A DNA stretch of 64,000 nt. Origin: Gemmatimonas sp. (lineage in GTDB: Bacteria > Gemmatimonadota > Gemmatimonadetes > Gemmatimonadales > Gemmatimonadaceae). A program made the position numbers and the translations under genes. The stretch spans positions 4,672,001 through 4,736,000 of the forward strand of contig OZ257156.1 of assembly GCA_965279375.1 (NCBI GenBank), read 5' to 3'. Positions within the stretch are counted from its first letter, which is position 1, and every line of letters begins with the position of its first letter. Shown piece by piece: positions 49,815-59,511 of the stretch. The notes beneath the pieces are model-generated. The model was not told where the DNA came from. It did not search any database and saw nothing but the letters and a program-made list of their open reading frames with translations.

Positions 49815-52432
49815 CAGTCTCCCCGTGGCGCGCGATCCTGTTGAAGCGTGGCGTCGTGCGCGGCGGCCTGGGCCGCGAGGGCAGCGCGCGCAGCGAGCAG
49901 GTCGGCCTCCAGCAGCCGTCGCGCTGTGATGTCGGTGAAGTGGACCGCCACACCGTCGATGATGTCTGCGATCGTACGGTACGGCATGATTCGCACCAGA
50001 TACTGCAGACCGCTGCGCGACGTGACCTCCTGCTCGCGCGCGATGAGCGTGCGGAACACCTCGCGCGCATCGGCGGCGAGGTCCGGATAGTCGAGTTCGG
50101 AGGCGAAGTCGGTGATCGGGCGTCCGATATCGCTGTCGTGCAGGCGGAAGATGCGGTTGGAGCCCGCGGTGAAGAGCCGCACACGAAGCTGTGCATCCAG
50201 AAAAACGGTCGCGATCTCGGCGCTCTCGAGGAGATTGCGCATATCGCTGCTGACGCGAGACAGATCGTCCACGCGCCCCTGCAGTTCGCGATTGAGCGTC
50301 TGCAGCTCCTCGTTCATCGACTGCATCTCCTCCTTCGAGGTCGTCAGCTCCTCGTTGGTGGACTGCAGCTCTTCGTTGGTGGATTGGAGCTCTTCGCTCG
50401 CGGTGTGCGAGTCTTCGCGCACCGTGCGCGCCTCCTCGGCGAGCGCCTGCACTTCAGCGTGCGCGCGCGAGAGTTGCTCCTCGAGCACCGCAATGCGGGC
50501 GCTGGCGGCCGTGTGTCCACCACGACGCGACTTGGGCATCGCCGCGACGGCGGAATCCGCGAACACGACGAGCATGAGTCCGCGCAGCGTCTCTGGTGCA
50601 CGCAGTAGCTGCACCGTCAGGTCCACCGCGTGGCGCTCCGCCTCCGTCCCAACGGGAAGCTGACGTCGCACCACGGGCTCAGGACTATCCGCCGCGAGTC
50701 GGAACGCGTCCGTGAGCTCGAAGCGCAGCCCTTCGCGCGCCATGGCGAAGATGCTCCAGTTGGTGGTGCCTGCAGCGGGCTCGAGGTAGCGACCCGTACG
50801 TCCGCTGATGAAGACGATGTCGCCCTTCGCATCGGTCAGCACCGCAGCTGGCGCGAATCGGCGCAGGAGCAGTTGCTCTGCGGCGCCCTGCAACGTGGAC
50901 TTGGAGGTCAGCGATTTCGGTGGAATTTCACTCATATCGGTCATTGCGGCAGTCGGGAAGCTGATGACATCGGCACGCGCGCGAGTCTCGATGCGGCGAT
51001 ACAGTCGCGAGCTCACGCCCAGCGGCGAGAAGAGATCGGTTGACTGACCAATCGACTCGGAACTACCCAGCAGCAATACGCCCCCCGGTCGCAGGCTGTA
51101 GTGAAACACCGGCAGGAGACGCCGCTGCAGTGCCGGAGTCAGGTAGATCAACAGGTTTCTGCAGCAGAGAACATCGAGCTTGGTGAAGGGCGGATCCATG
51201 CCCACGCTGTGCGTGGCAAAGACCACCGAATCGCGAATGACCTTGGTGATCTGCAGGCCACGATCGGTGAGTTCGAACCACCGCGCGATCCGCTCCGATG
51301 TCAGCTCTGCGGAGATGGCATTCGGATACACACCGGTCCGCGCGCGGTCGATCGCGTCGCGACTGATGTCCGTCGCGAAAATCTGCACGGCGATCCGTCG
51401 CGATGGATGCAACGCCTCGATGGCCTCGTGCACGAGCATCGCGAGCGTGTACGCCTCTTCGCCAGTCGAGCAGGCGGCCACCCACGCGCGAAAGGGCTCC
51501 CCGGACTGCAAGCGAACGAGCAGCTGCGGTAGTTGCTCGGCGAGCGCGCTCCACGCCGCCGCATCGCGAAAGAAGCTCGTCACGCCAATCAACAGCTCCT
51601 TGAACAACGACTCGGACTCCTGCGGGTTCTCCTGCAGGTATCGCGCGTAGAGCGCCAGCGTGCCGATCTGATGCAGCGCCATCCGTCGCTCAATCCGACG
51701 GAATACCGTTTGGCGCTTGTACTGAGAGAAGTCCTGTCCGCAGTGCGCGTTCAGCAGCAGCAAGACCTTCTCCAGTCCGCGCTCGTCCGCCGGATCGAGT
51801 GCCGGCTCTCGCGAAGCGCCGCCCAGTTCCGCCGACCGTCGGCCCGCACGTAACGCATCGAAAATGAGCGCGGGCAGTTCCTCGGCCAGTCCTGTGCCGT
51901 CGAGCACGCCAGTCTCGACCGCACTCTGCGGCATCCCGTTGAACGCCGCCGTGTCGGGGCTCTGCGCAAGGGCCACGCCTCCATGACTCTTGATGGCACG
52001 CACCCCCTGCGCGCCGTCACTCCCCATGCCGGAGAGGATGACGCCCACGGCACTCGACTCCGAGTGTGCCGCCAGCGACCGGAAGAAGTGGTCGATGGGC
52101 AATCGCGAGCCGCGCGCCGCGATAGGCTCGAGCAGGTAGAGACGGCCACCGAACACGGCCAGTTCGGAGTTGGGCGGAATGACGTACACATGATCCGCCT
52201 CCACGAGCATCCGATCCGTCACCTCCACCACCGGCATCAGCGTGGCACGCTGCAGCAGCGTTGCCAACAGCGCGTCGCGCGAGGGGTCGAGATGCTGCAC
52301 GACGACGTACGCCAGACCACTCGAGGGCATGACGTTGCGCAGAAATGCTTCGAGCGCTTCGAGTCCGCCAGCGGACGCACCGATCCCGACGATCGGCAGC
52401 GCCACATCAGCATCATCGCTTGGGGGACACAT
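49814..52432 (-). CDS. CheB/CheR fusion with coiled coil and PAS domain
   Basis: GASAGG, QHL, GMGSDG (CheB); IGVTSFFRD, CSTGEEAY, IFATDI, CRNLLIY (CheR); EELQSTNEEL repeats. Confidence 0.95.
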   Translation of the reverse strand: MCPPSDDADVALPIVGIGASAGGLEALEAFLRNVMPSSGLAYVVVQHLDPSRDALLATLLQRATLMPVVEVTDRMLVEADHVYVIPPNSELAVFGGRLYLLEPIAARGSRLPIDHFFRSLAAHSESSAVGVILSGMGSDGAQGVRAIKSHGGVALAQSPDTAAFNGMPQSAVETGVLDGTGLAEELPALIFDALRAGRRSAELGGASREPALDPADERGLEKVLLLLNAHCGQDFSQYKRQTVFRRIERRMALHQIGTLALYARYLQENPQESESLFKELLIGVTSFFRDAAAWSALAEQLPQLLVRLQSGEPFRAWVAACSTGEEAYTLAMLVHEAIEALHPSRRIAVQIFATDISRDAIDRARTGVYPNAISAELTSERIARWFELTDRGLQITKVIRDSVVFATHSVGMDPPFTKLDVLCCRNLLIYLTPALQRRLLPVFHYSLRPGGVLLLGSSESIGQSTDLFSPLGVSSRLYRRIETRARADVISFPTAAMTDMSEIPPKSLTSKSTLQGAAEQLLLRRFAPAAVLTDAKGDIVFISGRTGRYLEPAAGTTNWSIFAMAREGLRFELTDAFRLAADSPEPVVRRQLPVGTEAERHAVDLTVQLLRAPETLRGLMLVVFADSAVAAMPKSRRGGHTAASARIAVLEEQLSRAHAEVQALAEEARTVREDSHTASEELQSTNEELQSTNEELTTSKEEMQSMNEELQTLNRELQGRVDDLSRVSSDMRNLLESAEIATVFLDAQLRVRLFTAGSNRIFRLHDSDIGRPITDFASELDYPDLAADAREVFRTLIAREQEVTSRSGLQYLVRIMPYRTIADIIDGVAVHFTDITARRLLEADLLAARAALAAQAAAHDATLQQDRAPRGD

Positions 52433-52617
52433 GCGAGCTCGGGAATCTGGCCATCACGCCCATCGATGCGCCCGTATGGCGCAGCGAAACCGCACTTCGT
52501 CAAACCAGCACGATCTCAAAGATGACGCACACACAATGATTCAACCTATGTGACGCGCGTGCCACGAATACATGCGCCCCTATATGGCATGCGGTCTCGC
52601 ATTGCACAACAATGACG

Positions 52618-53214
52618 TTAGACGCTTCGCGACGAACCCGCCTTCCCGCCCACGTTCGCCCACAGCGCGCGCTCCACCATGGCCGCACTCCACTGCTCGC
52701 CCAACCGCGCCGCGCGCGCACGCAACGCCACCGCATATCTTGCGTAGTAGCCCATGGTCCACGCCACCTTGCCGAGCTGCGGCACCTGCGCGGCGACCAG
52801 TTCATCAAAAAACGGATAGCGTGTTGCATCGTATGCCGCCGCCACCGCAGATGCCGTCGCCGGACCCACGCCCGCCAACGTTGTCAGCCCCGCGATTGGC
52901 TTGGTCGGATGCGGTGCTTCCGCGAGTGCTGCCGCGCTGACCGAGAGCACGTCGTCCGGTGCGTTGCCCTTCACCAGCACCAGGTTGGGTGCGCGCCACA
53001 CGCCACGGGCCATCTTCCACTCCGTCACGCGTACGAGTTCGGCGTGCGATACACTCGGCGCTGCGCGGGATGCGACCATGACAGGCAGTTCGCGCTGATA
53101 CCACTGATCGAGATCGACCAGTTGCTTCACGTTCTGAGCGGCGATGACGGCATCGTAACGGTAGAGGCTGTCATACCAAACTGACACGTCGTCGGCTTCC
53201 CACAGTCCGGTCAT
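52618..53214 (-). CDS. HhH-motif protein resembling the Amun/DNA-glycosylase-like family
   Basis: LDQWYQRELP, ELVRVTEWKMARG, LAGVGPATASAV, PFFDE, VERALW; ATGA overlap with GH30. Confidence 0.65.
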   Translation of the reverse strand: MTGLWEADDVSVWYDSLYRYDAVIAAQNVKQLVDLDQWYQRELPVMVASRAAPSVSHAELVRVTEWKMARGVWRAPNLVLVKGNAPDDVLSVSAAALAEAPHPTKPIAGLTTLAGVGPATASAVAAAYDATRYPFFDELVAAQVPQLGKVAWTMGYYARYAVALRARAARLGEQWSAAMVERALWANVGGKAGSSRSV

Positions 53215-54773
53215 CTGACGCCATCAAGAGAGGAGGGAAAGGTGCGCGGAGCGCTCCAGCGGATCGTGGCGACGCTGCGGGCGGGGAGCGTGAGCCGAGT
53301 GCCCGCCGCGGCCAAGCCGCTGACCGTGACGAAGACCTGCTCCGGATTTCCGTTGGCGACGATCAGCGTGCGCGAACCATCGCGGGCATCCTGAAACGAA
53401 ACATGCGAAAGCGCGACCAGCGCGCCAGCGACAGTCGTCGAACTGATACGCGTCGCACCCGGGTGCACAAATCGACTGGCATGCGCGAGCGCATAGTACT
53501 CCTCGTTGCGCGTCACCGCGCCACTCGCTGAATCCACGGTGATCACGCCGCGGCAGTCTGCGCATCCACCCAGATGCGGACCGTGCCGCGCGTCGAGCGC
53601 GAGATTCCACAGCGTCACGCCGCGCGCCCATTCACGCGTGGCGCCGATCACGAGCGTCTGCACATTCCAGAGAAAGTTCTCGCCCCAATTGGGGGCCCAC
53701 GCGCCGCCAGCGCACTCGGTGAAATACGTCGCCACTTCGGGAAACCGATCATGCACCGTGCGCTGCGCACTCACGTCGCCGGCGTAGCAGTGCCAGGCTA
53801 CGCCGTGGACGTAGCGCCGCGCCGAAGAATCAGCGAGCACCGCCAGCGGAGAGGCAGGCGTGTCCCAGTTGTGGTCCCATTCGAGCAGACGGGTCGTGCT
53901 TCCGGTGCGCTCCAACAGCGGCCCCAGCTCGCGTCCAATCAGCGCGATGCGCTGCGCCGGTGAGAGCAGCATGCCCGGGTAGTCCTTGGTGGCGTTGTCC
54001 GGTTCATTCTGCACGGATAAGAGATCGATCGGGGCTCCGGCGTCACTCCACGCTTTGAGCACGCGTTGCAGATAGACGGCGTACCAGTGCACCGCATCGT
54101 CGCGCAGTGTCCCTCCGGCCAACTGACCGTTGCTCTTCATCCATGCCGGCGCGCTCCACGGAGCCGCGATCACCACCAGCTGCGGGTTGATCGAACGCAG
54201 CTGGCGAATCAGCGCGATCCGATCGCGATCGCGGGCAATGGAGAAGTGTGCAAAGGCCGTATCACGCACTCCGGCTGGCGCATCGTCCAATGTGTAGTGC
54301 GATTCCGAAAAATCGGACGCCCCGATCGGCACACGCACGATGTTGAGCCCAATGCCCTCGGTTGGCGAGAAGAGCTCGCGCAGCAGCCGACCGCGGGCGG
54401 CGGCCGGCAATCGCTGCAGTACGATCGCGGATGCATCGGTCAGTGCAGCGCCCACGCCAACCATCGGTTGCAGCGCCACCGTCGTGTCGATCGAGATGGT
54501 CGCGCTCGCGCTCGTTGGTGCGAGCGTAGCCGCAGCGGGGCCTGTGTCCCCTCGTGCAATCGAAATTTCGACGAGCAGCTGACGCCGATCTGCGGTGGTC
54601 AGCCAACCACGTACTTCAGGCGACGCGTCAGTGTGCGAGGTGCGCGGAGCGAACGACGAGGCGTGACAGCCTGAAAACACCATCACCGAAAGCGCGACGC
54701 CCACGGCAGCGGCCCATGCGCGACCCGCCGAGACGTGCCATGCACGAGTTGCGGAGTCCGACGGCCTAGGCAC
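53211..54773 (-). CDS. GH30 glycoside hydrolase (beta-1,6-glucanase/glucosylceramidase-like)
   Basis: GAALTDAS, RVPIGASDFS, PWSAPAWMK, SVQNEP, WDHNWD, AWHCY, YFTE, WNLALD. Confidence 0.92.
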   Translation of the reverse strand: MPRPSDSATRAWHVSAGRAWAAAVGVALSVMVFSGCHASSFAPRTSHTDASPEVRGWLTTADRRQLLVEISIARGDTGPAAATLAPTSASATISIDTTVALQPMVGVGAALTDASAIVLQRLPAAARGRLLRELFSPTEGIGLNIVRVPIGASDFSESHYTLDDAPAGVRDTAFAHFSIARDRDRIALIRQLRSINPQLVVIAAPWSAPAWMKSNGQLAGGTLRDDAVHWYAVYLQRVLKAWSDAGAPIDLLSVQNEPDNATKDYPGMLLSPAQRIALIGRELGPLLERTGSTTRLLEWDHNWDTPASPLAVLADSSARRYVHGVAWHCYAGDVSAQRTVHDRFPEVATYFTECAGGAWAPNWGENFLWNVQTLVIGATREWARGVTLWNLALDARHGPHLGGCADCRGVITVDSASGAVTRNEEYYALAHASRFVHPGATRISSTTVAGALVALSHVSFQDARDGSRTLIVANGNPEQVFVTVSGLAAAGTRLTLPARSVATIRWSAPRTFPSSLDGVR

Positions 54774-55572
54774 TCACGCCAAGCCAGCGCTCCAACGCCT
54801 CACGACGTGAGCGACTCACCCGCAGCCGGGTGCCGCCCTTGAGCTGCACCTCGTAGTCGCCGCCGGCAGCCTTGTGCAACGTGTCGACGAGCGCGAGTCG
54901 CACGATAGCCGTGCGATGAATGCGAAAGAACTGCGCGGGATCGAGGCGCTCTTCGAGCATCTGCATCGGCTCGCGAATGAGCAGCACGCGCCCGCCCACG
55001 TGCAGCTCCGCGTATGGTCCGCTCGACGTGATGTAGTCGATCTGCTCCACCGGCACCACGCGTACCTGGCCGCGCGTTTCCACGGCAATGCGCTCGAGAT
55101 ACTGTGCAGCAGGTGGCGCGGGCGCGTCTGGCGTTGCGGGCGGCTCCACGTGCAACAACGCCAACATCTGTTCGCGCAGCCGACCGAGTCCTTCCAGTCC
55201 GATCAGGTGTCGCGCGCGCCGGAATGCCTGTTCGAACCGCTCATCGTCGAATGGCTTGACGAGATAGTCCACCGCCGAGACGTCGAAGGCCTGCAGCGCG
55301 TACTGATCGAACGCTGTCACAAAGATCGTGGCAGGCATCCGCTCGGCGCCGATATGTCGCACCACGTCAAAGCCCGTGCGTCCGGGCATCTGCACGTCGA
55401 GAAAGACCAGATCGGGACGGAGCCGCTCGATGGCGTCGACGGCCGCGTCGCCATCCGTCGCGACGCCGATCAGCTCGACCCCGGCCTCATGTCGCAGCAA
55501 ATCTTCGAGTCGCATGCGGGCCAGCGGCTCATCATCCACGATGAGCACCCGCAGCGGCGGACTCTCAGCCAT
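54766..55572 (-). CDS. LytTR family response regulator
   Basis: VLIVDDEPLAR, LDVQMP, FVTAFD, DYLVKP, FFRIHR, VSRSR. Confidence 0.95.
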   Translation of the reverse strand: MAESPPLRVLIVDDEPLARMRLEDLLRHEAGVELIGVATDGDAAVDAIERLRPDLVFLDVQMPGRTGFDVVRHIGAERMPATIFVTAFDQYALQAFDVSAVDYLVKPFDDERFEQAFRRARHLIGLEGLGRLREQMLALLHVEPPATPDAPAPPAAQYLERIAVETRGQVRVVPVEQIDYITSSGPYAELHVGGRVLLIREPMQMLEERLDPAQFFRIHRTAIVRLALVDTLHKAAGGDYEVQLKGGTRLRVSRSRREALERWLGVSA

Positions 55573-56896
55573 GCACCGGCCCCGGAGTGAGCGTGACTGC
55601 CGTGGCGGACGTTGACGGTGGCGGTGTTGCGGCGGCCCCGCTCGCGGCCAAGCTGTTCTCGGCGATTGAGGTCGTGCGCAGGTCGGACGCGGTGTGATAC
55701 GGGAGCCGCACTTCGGCGAGCGTGCCGCCGCCCTCGGCGGGCGCAATGATGAACGACTGCTTCGCGCCGTACAGCTGCTGCAGTCGCGCCATCGTATTGC
55801 GAACGCCGACGCCGCCGGGCGTTTTCGTGGGCAGCACCGCGGCATCGCGATCCGGTCCCGGTCCGTTGTCCTTGACCGACAGCACCAGCACTGCCTGCTC
55901 GCGGCGGACGTCGATCACGATGCGTCCCGCGCCGCCCACGCGCTCCACGCCGTGGCGAATCGCGTTCTCCACAATCGGCTGCAGGATCATGTTCGGCACG
56001 AGCGCGTCGGCCGCATCCGGGGCCACGTTCGTCTGCACTTCGAGCGCGCCCTGAAAGCGTACCTGCATGATCTCGATGTATCGCGTGAGCAGCTCGAGCT
56101 CCTTGCTCAGCGCGATCTCCGGTTCGCTGGCGTCTTCGATGCTGTGCCGCAGCAAATCACTGAGTCGCGAAATCATGCGGCGTACGCCGCGCGGATCGCG
56201 CTCGACCAGCGACGAGACAGCGTGCAGCGTGTTGAACAGGAAGTGCGGATCGAGCTGGCGGCGCAGCGCATCGAGCCGTGCTTCGGCCAGCTGTGCCTTG
56301 AGCTGCGAGGCCTGCTCCTGCCGCAATCGTGAGCTGAGCGAGTACGCACGCGCAAAACCGCCGGCAATCACGCCCATGGCGATGCTCACGTCGTTCAAAA
56401 ACTGAAAGCCGCCTAGCCCGAACGACCACCATGGGCGCGAACGAGGCGGACCACCGCCACCTCGCCCAAAACCGTTGCGTCCAAAGCCACCGCGCCGCGC
56501 CTGCGGGAAGGCCGCATCGCGCACCGCATCCACGACGGTGCTGGCAATGAGCGCCGCCACCAACACGGCGACCACCAGCAACAGCACACGCAGTACACGT
56601 CGCTGATCGTCGGCGATCGTACGCGCGGCCAAAATGAAAAGCGGCACCGTGAGAATCGCCCACGTCATCGCCTGCGTCAGCGAGACGATGCTCGTCGCCA
56701 GCCAGATCTCTTGATCAGTCCCTGGACGCCGCGGATCGAGCGCGCGATTGGCAAACGTGACCAACGCAAACAGCAACCAGAAGGCCGCGATGAGCGCGAT
56801 CTCTCGGCCGGTGATGAGCGACGCGCTTGTGCGAAACTCGCCGGTGGGAAGGGCGAACCGGGCGGCAGGGCCGGAGAGCGGGCGCGAGCGGGACAT
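55565..56896 (-). CDS. LytS-type sensor histidine kinase
   Basis: QLDPHFLFNTLH, LQPIVENAIRHG, DNGPG, GVGVRN; N-terminal transmembrane segments. Confidence 0.94.
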   Translation of the reverse strand: MSRSRPLSGPAARFALPTGEFRTSASLITGREIALIAAFWLLFALVTFANRALDPRRPGTDQEIWLATSIVSLTQAMTWAILTVPLFILAARTIADDQRRVLRVLLLVVAVLVAALIASTVVDAVRDAAFPQARRGGFGRNGFGRGGGGPPRSRPWWSFGLGGFQFLNDVSIAMGVIAGGFARAYSLSSRLRQEQASQLKAQLAEARLDALRRQLDPHFLFNTLHAVSSLVERDPRGVRRMISRLSDLLRHSIEDASEPEIALSKELELLTRYIEIMQVRFQGALEVQTNVAPDAADALVPNMILQPIVENAIRHGVERVGGAGRIVIDVRREQAVLVLSVKDNGPGPDRDAAVLPTKTPGGVGVRNTMARLQQLYGAKQSFIIAPAEGGGTLAEVRLPYHTASDLRTTSIAENSLAASGAAATPPPSTSATAVTLTPGPVHG

Positions 56897-57020
56897 GAGG
56901 GAAAGCTAAGATGCCTGCCTTTGGACGGCACTCCCGGTGGCGTGGATGGCACGTGGAGATGCACGGATGGCGCGGCTGGCGTTTTGTTTGGCTACCAGCC
57001 CGCTCGCGAGGCCGCATCGC

Positions 57021-58097
57021 TCAATCCGATTCAGGCGCTCCATTACGTGAAGCCGGCGGTCCGTCGCCTGCAGGCGCGTCGACCGGCGGAACAACCGTCG
57101 ACGAACTCCCCAGCGAAAGTATTTCCGCGGAGACCTCGTCCATCGGCGGCCACTCGAGCGCGGGAACGGTAGGCAGTTCTGCCGAACCACCCTGCACCGA
57201 CGGATAGCGCTCGCGCGGCGCGCCCGACGGACCGTGCACAGTTGGCGACTTGCGCAGAAACGCACCGAGAATCCCTGCCGCGGCGAAGAGCACCAGCGCG
57301 ATCCACCACGGCATGCGCCGCACCGGCGGTGATTCGCGCTGCAGCGATACCGCCACCAGCGTTCCCGTTTCGGCGCGCGCACCGGAGTCTGGCTGTTGCG
57401 CCGTGATCATCGAATCCACTGGCACACTGTCGCTGGGCATGATCTCGCCCAAGCCCAGTTGCGCTGCGCGCAGTCGCACCCGCGCATCGGTCAGCGACAG
57501 CCCCACGACCGACGGCACGTTCACCTGACGTCGCGCGCCCGACGAATCGAAAAGCGATTCCGCGCGACCCACGGTGAGCAATACTTCCGCGCCCGAGATG
57601 ACCGGCGTGCCCGCGGCCGGTTCCTGCGCCAGCACGCGATCCCCTTCCCCGTCGATCGACGTCCGCCGTTCAAGAATGATGACGTCCGCCGAGAGCGATG
57701 AAAGCGCCGAACGCGCGGCACCCTGCAGCGCTCCGACCACGTTGGGCATCGCCACCGGCCCCGTAGGCGACGAGTCAGTCGGCGTGTCCGACACGACGAT
57801 GGCGACGGCACGCCCGCGCTCGAGCATCGCACCGGCGCGTGGACGTTGCGTGATCACCAAGCCCGTGCTGCCCGTCGGCCCCGGCATCACCGACACCAGC
57901 GGCGAAAAACCCGCGTCACGCAGTCGTTGTCGTGCCTGATCACGCGCGAGTCCGATCACCGCAGGCACTCGACGCGCGGTCGATGCGGCCGCTGTGGCTT
58001 GCGCGTCGTCCGTCGTCTGCGCCAGGAGTCGCTGCGCATACAACGCCTGCACCAACAGTACGCACGCGACACTCCAATTCCTTCGGAGTGCCGTCAT
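57021..58097 (-). CDS. Exported protein with three PASTA domains and a C-terminal transmembrane anchor
   Basis: VPAVIG...QRPRAG, MPNVVG...QEPAAG, VPSVVG...QQPDSG; TM WWIALVLFAAAGILGAFL. Start at 58097 or up to 58139. Confidence 0.85.
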   Translation of the reverse strand: MTALRRNWSVACVLLVQALYAQRLLAQTTDDAQATAAASTARRVPAVIGLARDQARQRLRDAGFSPLVSVMPGPTGSTGLVITQRPRAGAMLERGRAVAIVVSDTPTDSSPTGPVAMPNVVGALQGAARSALSSLSADVIILERRTSIDGEGDRVLAQEPAAGTPVISGAEVLLTVGRAESLFDSSGARRQVNVPSVVGLSLTDARVRLRAAQLGLGEIMPSDSVPVDSMITAQQPDSGARAETGTLVAVSLQRESPPVRRMPWWIALVLFAAAGILGAFLRKSPTVHGPSGAPRERYPSVQGGSAELPTVPALEWPPMDEVSAEILSLGSSSTVVPPVDAPAGDGPPASRNGAPESD

Positions 58098-58309
58098 CGG
58101 CGAGATTCGTTTGTTGCGCGGTGTGGGACGCATCGACACCAGAATCCTGCGATCGTACGAGACTGCTGCATGACTGCGGCAACGGACGTGACTGTACCCA
58201 ACATGCGTTGAGCGCGTGGTTCGCGTCTATAGCACCGGAGCCAGCGGTCGAGTCCGTTTGCTGTCGTACGTCACATGACCCGTCACGATGTGGCAGTCGG
58301 TACCACTAC

Positions 58310-59332
58310 TCAGGTACGCTCGTCACCAAGTCGCTTGTCTGGCATCACGTATCCCTGCACATAGTCGGCGATGGCGGACGCGAGCGGAAGCTGCGGCTGA
58401 GCGAATCCCGTCCCCTGCAATCGGCTGATGTCGGCCTGCGTGAAGTACTGATAGCGATCACGCATCGTCTCCGGCATCTCGATGAACTCGATCGCGGGCT
58501 CGCGTCCCATCGCGGCGAAGAGCGCAGCGGTCAGTTCGAGCCACGTGTGCGCGATACCTGATCCGATATTGAACAGTCCGTGCGCCTCTCGATGCATCGC
58601 CAGGTGCAACGACATGGCGACCACGTCCTTCACGTACACGAAGTCACGGCGCTGTTCACCATCGGCGAATTCTGGCCGGTAGCTCCTGAACAGCTTCACC
58701 TTGCCCGTGTCGCGCACCTGCTCGTACGCCTTCTGCACGAGGCTGCGCATCTCCCCTTTGTGCGCTTCGTTGGGGCCGTACACGTTGAAGAACTTGAGCC
58801 CGACGATGCGATCGAGGATCCCGTTGGCCAGGGCATACTGATCGAACAGCTGTTTCGAATAGCCGTACGCGTTGAGCGGCCGCAGCTTGCCCAGATCGCG
58901 CGGAGACCGAATGATGTCGTCCATCCCTTCGGCGCCGTCGCCGTACGTGGCCGCGGACGAGGCGTAGACGAAGCGCGCATCGTGCGACAAGCACCAATGC
59001 GCCAGCCGCTTCGTGAACTCGAAATTGTTGTGCACGAGAAACGTCGCATCGCGTTCGAGCGTGGACGAGCACGCGCCCATGTGCAGCACCACATCAAAGC
59101 GACCCAACGCGCCGGACTCCAGGCGCTCGAGCAGCGACTCTGCTTCGAGATAGTCCTCAAACGCGAGCGGCGCGAGGTTGCGCCACTTGTCGCTCTTCCC
59201 CAACCGGTCCGAGACCACCACGCGATCGACGCCGAGCGTGTTCAGTCCCCACACGAGGGCACTGCCGATGAAACCGGCGCCGCCGGTGACGAGCACGCGA
59301 CGCGGAACGCGCGCATCAGGAGAAGTGTGCAT
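58310..59332 (-). CDS. hldD: ADP-L-glycero-D-manno-heptose 6-epimerase
   Basis: TGGAGFIGS, HMGACSST, YASSAATYG, PLNAYGYSK, FNVYGPNEAHKG, YQYFTQAD. Confidence 0.95.
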   Translation of the reverse strand: MHTSPDARVPRRVLVTGGAGFIGSALVWGLNTLGVDRVVVSDRLGKSDKWRNLAPLAFEDYLEAESLLERLESGALGRFDVVLHMGACSSTLERDATFLVHNNFEFTKRLAHWCLSHDARFVYASSAATYGDGAEGMDDIIRSPRDLGKLRPLNAYGYSKQLFDQYALANGILDRIVGLKFFNVYGPNEAHKGEMRSLVQKAYEQVRDTGKVKLFRSYRPEFADGEQRRDFVYVKDVVAMSLHLAMHREAHGLFNIGSGIAHTWLELTAALFAAMGREPAIEFIEMPETMRDRYQYFTQADISRLQGTGFAQPQLPLASAIADYVQGYVMPDKRLGDERT

Positions 59333-59511
59333 CAGACCTTGGGCAGACGAGTTCGTGCGCGGTCATCCCCAACACCACGCACGCAGAAGCAACGCGACCA
59401 GACGCGTCAGTCTGCCACACACGGCGGGCGCGGCGCAACCACTCGGCGCGACGTCTCTCGATCATCCCGCACTGCGATGCTTCCAGTCGTCGCGTACCGA
59501 CAGGCGTTTCC

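Noticed and set aside
50310..50400. Short tandem repeats in cheBR
   Set aside because: They encode the family-typical EELQSTNEEL coiled coil.
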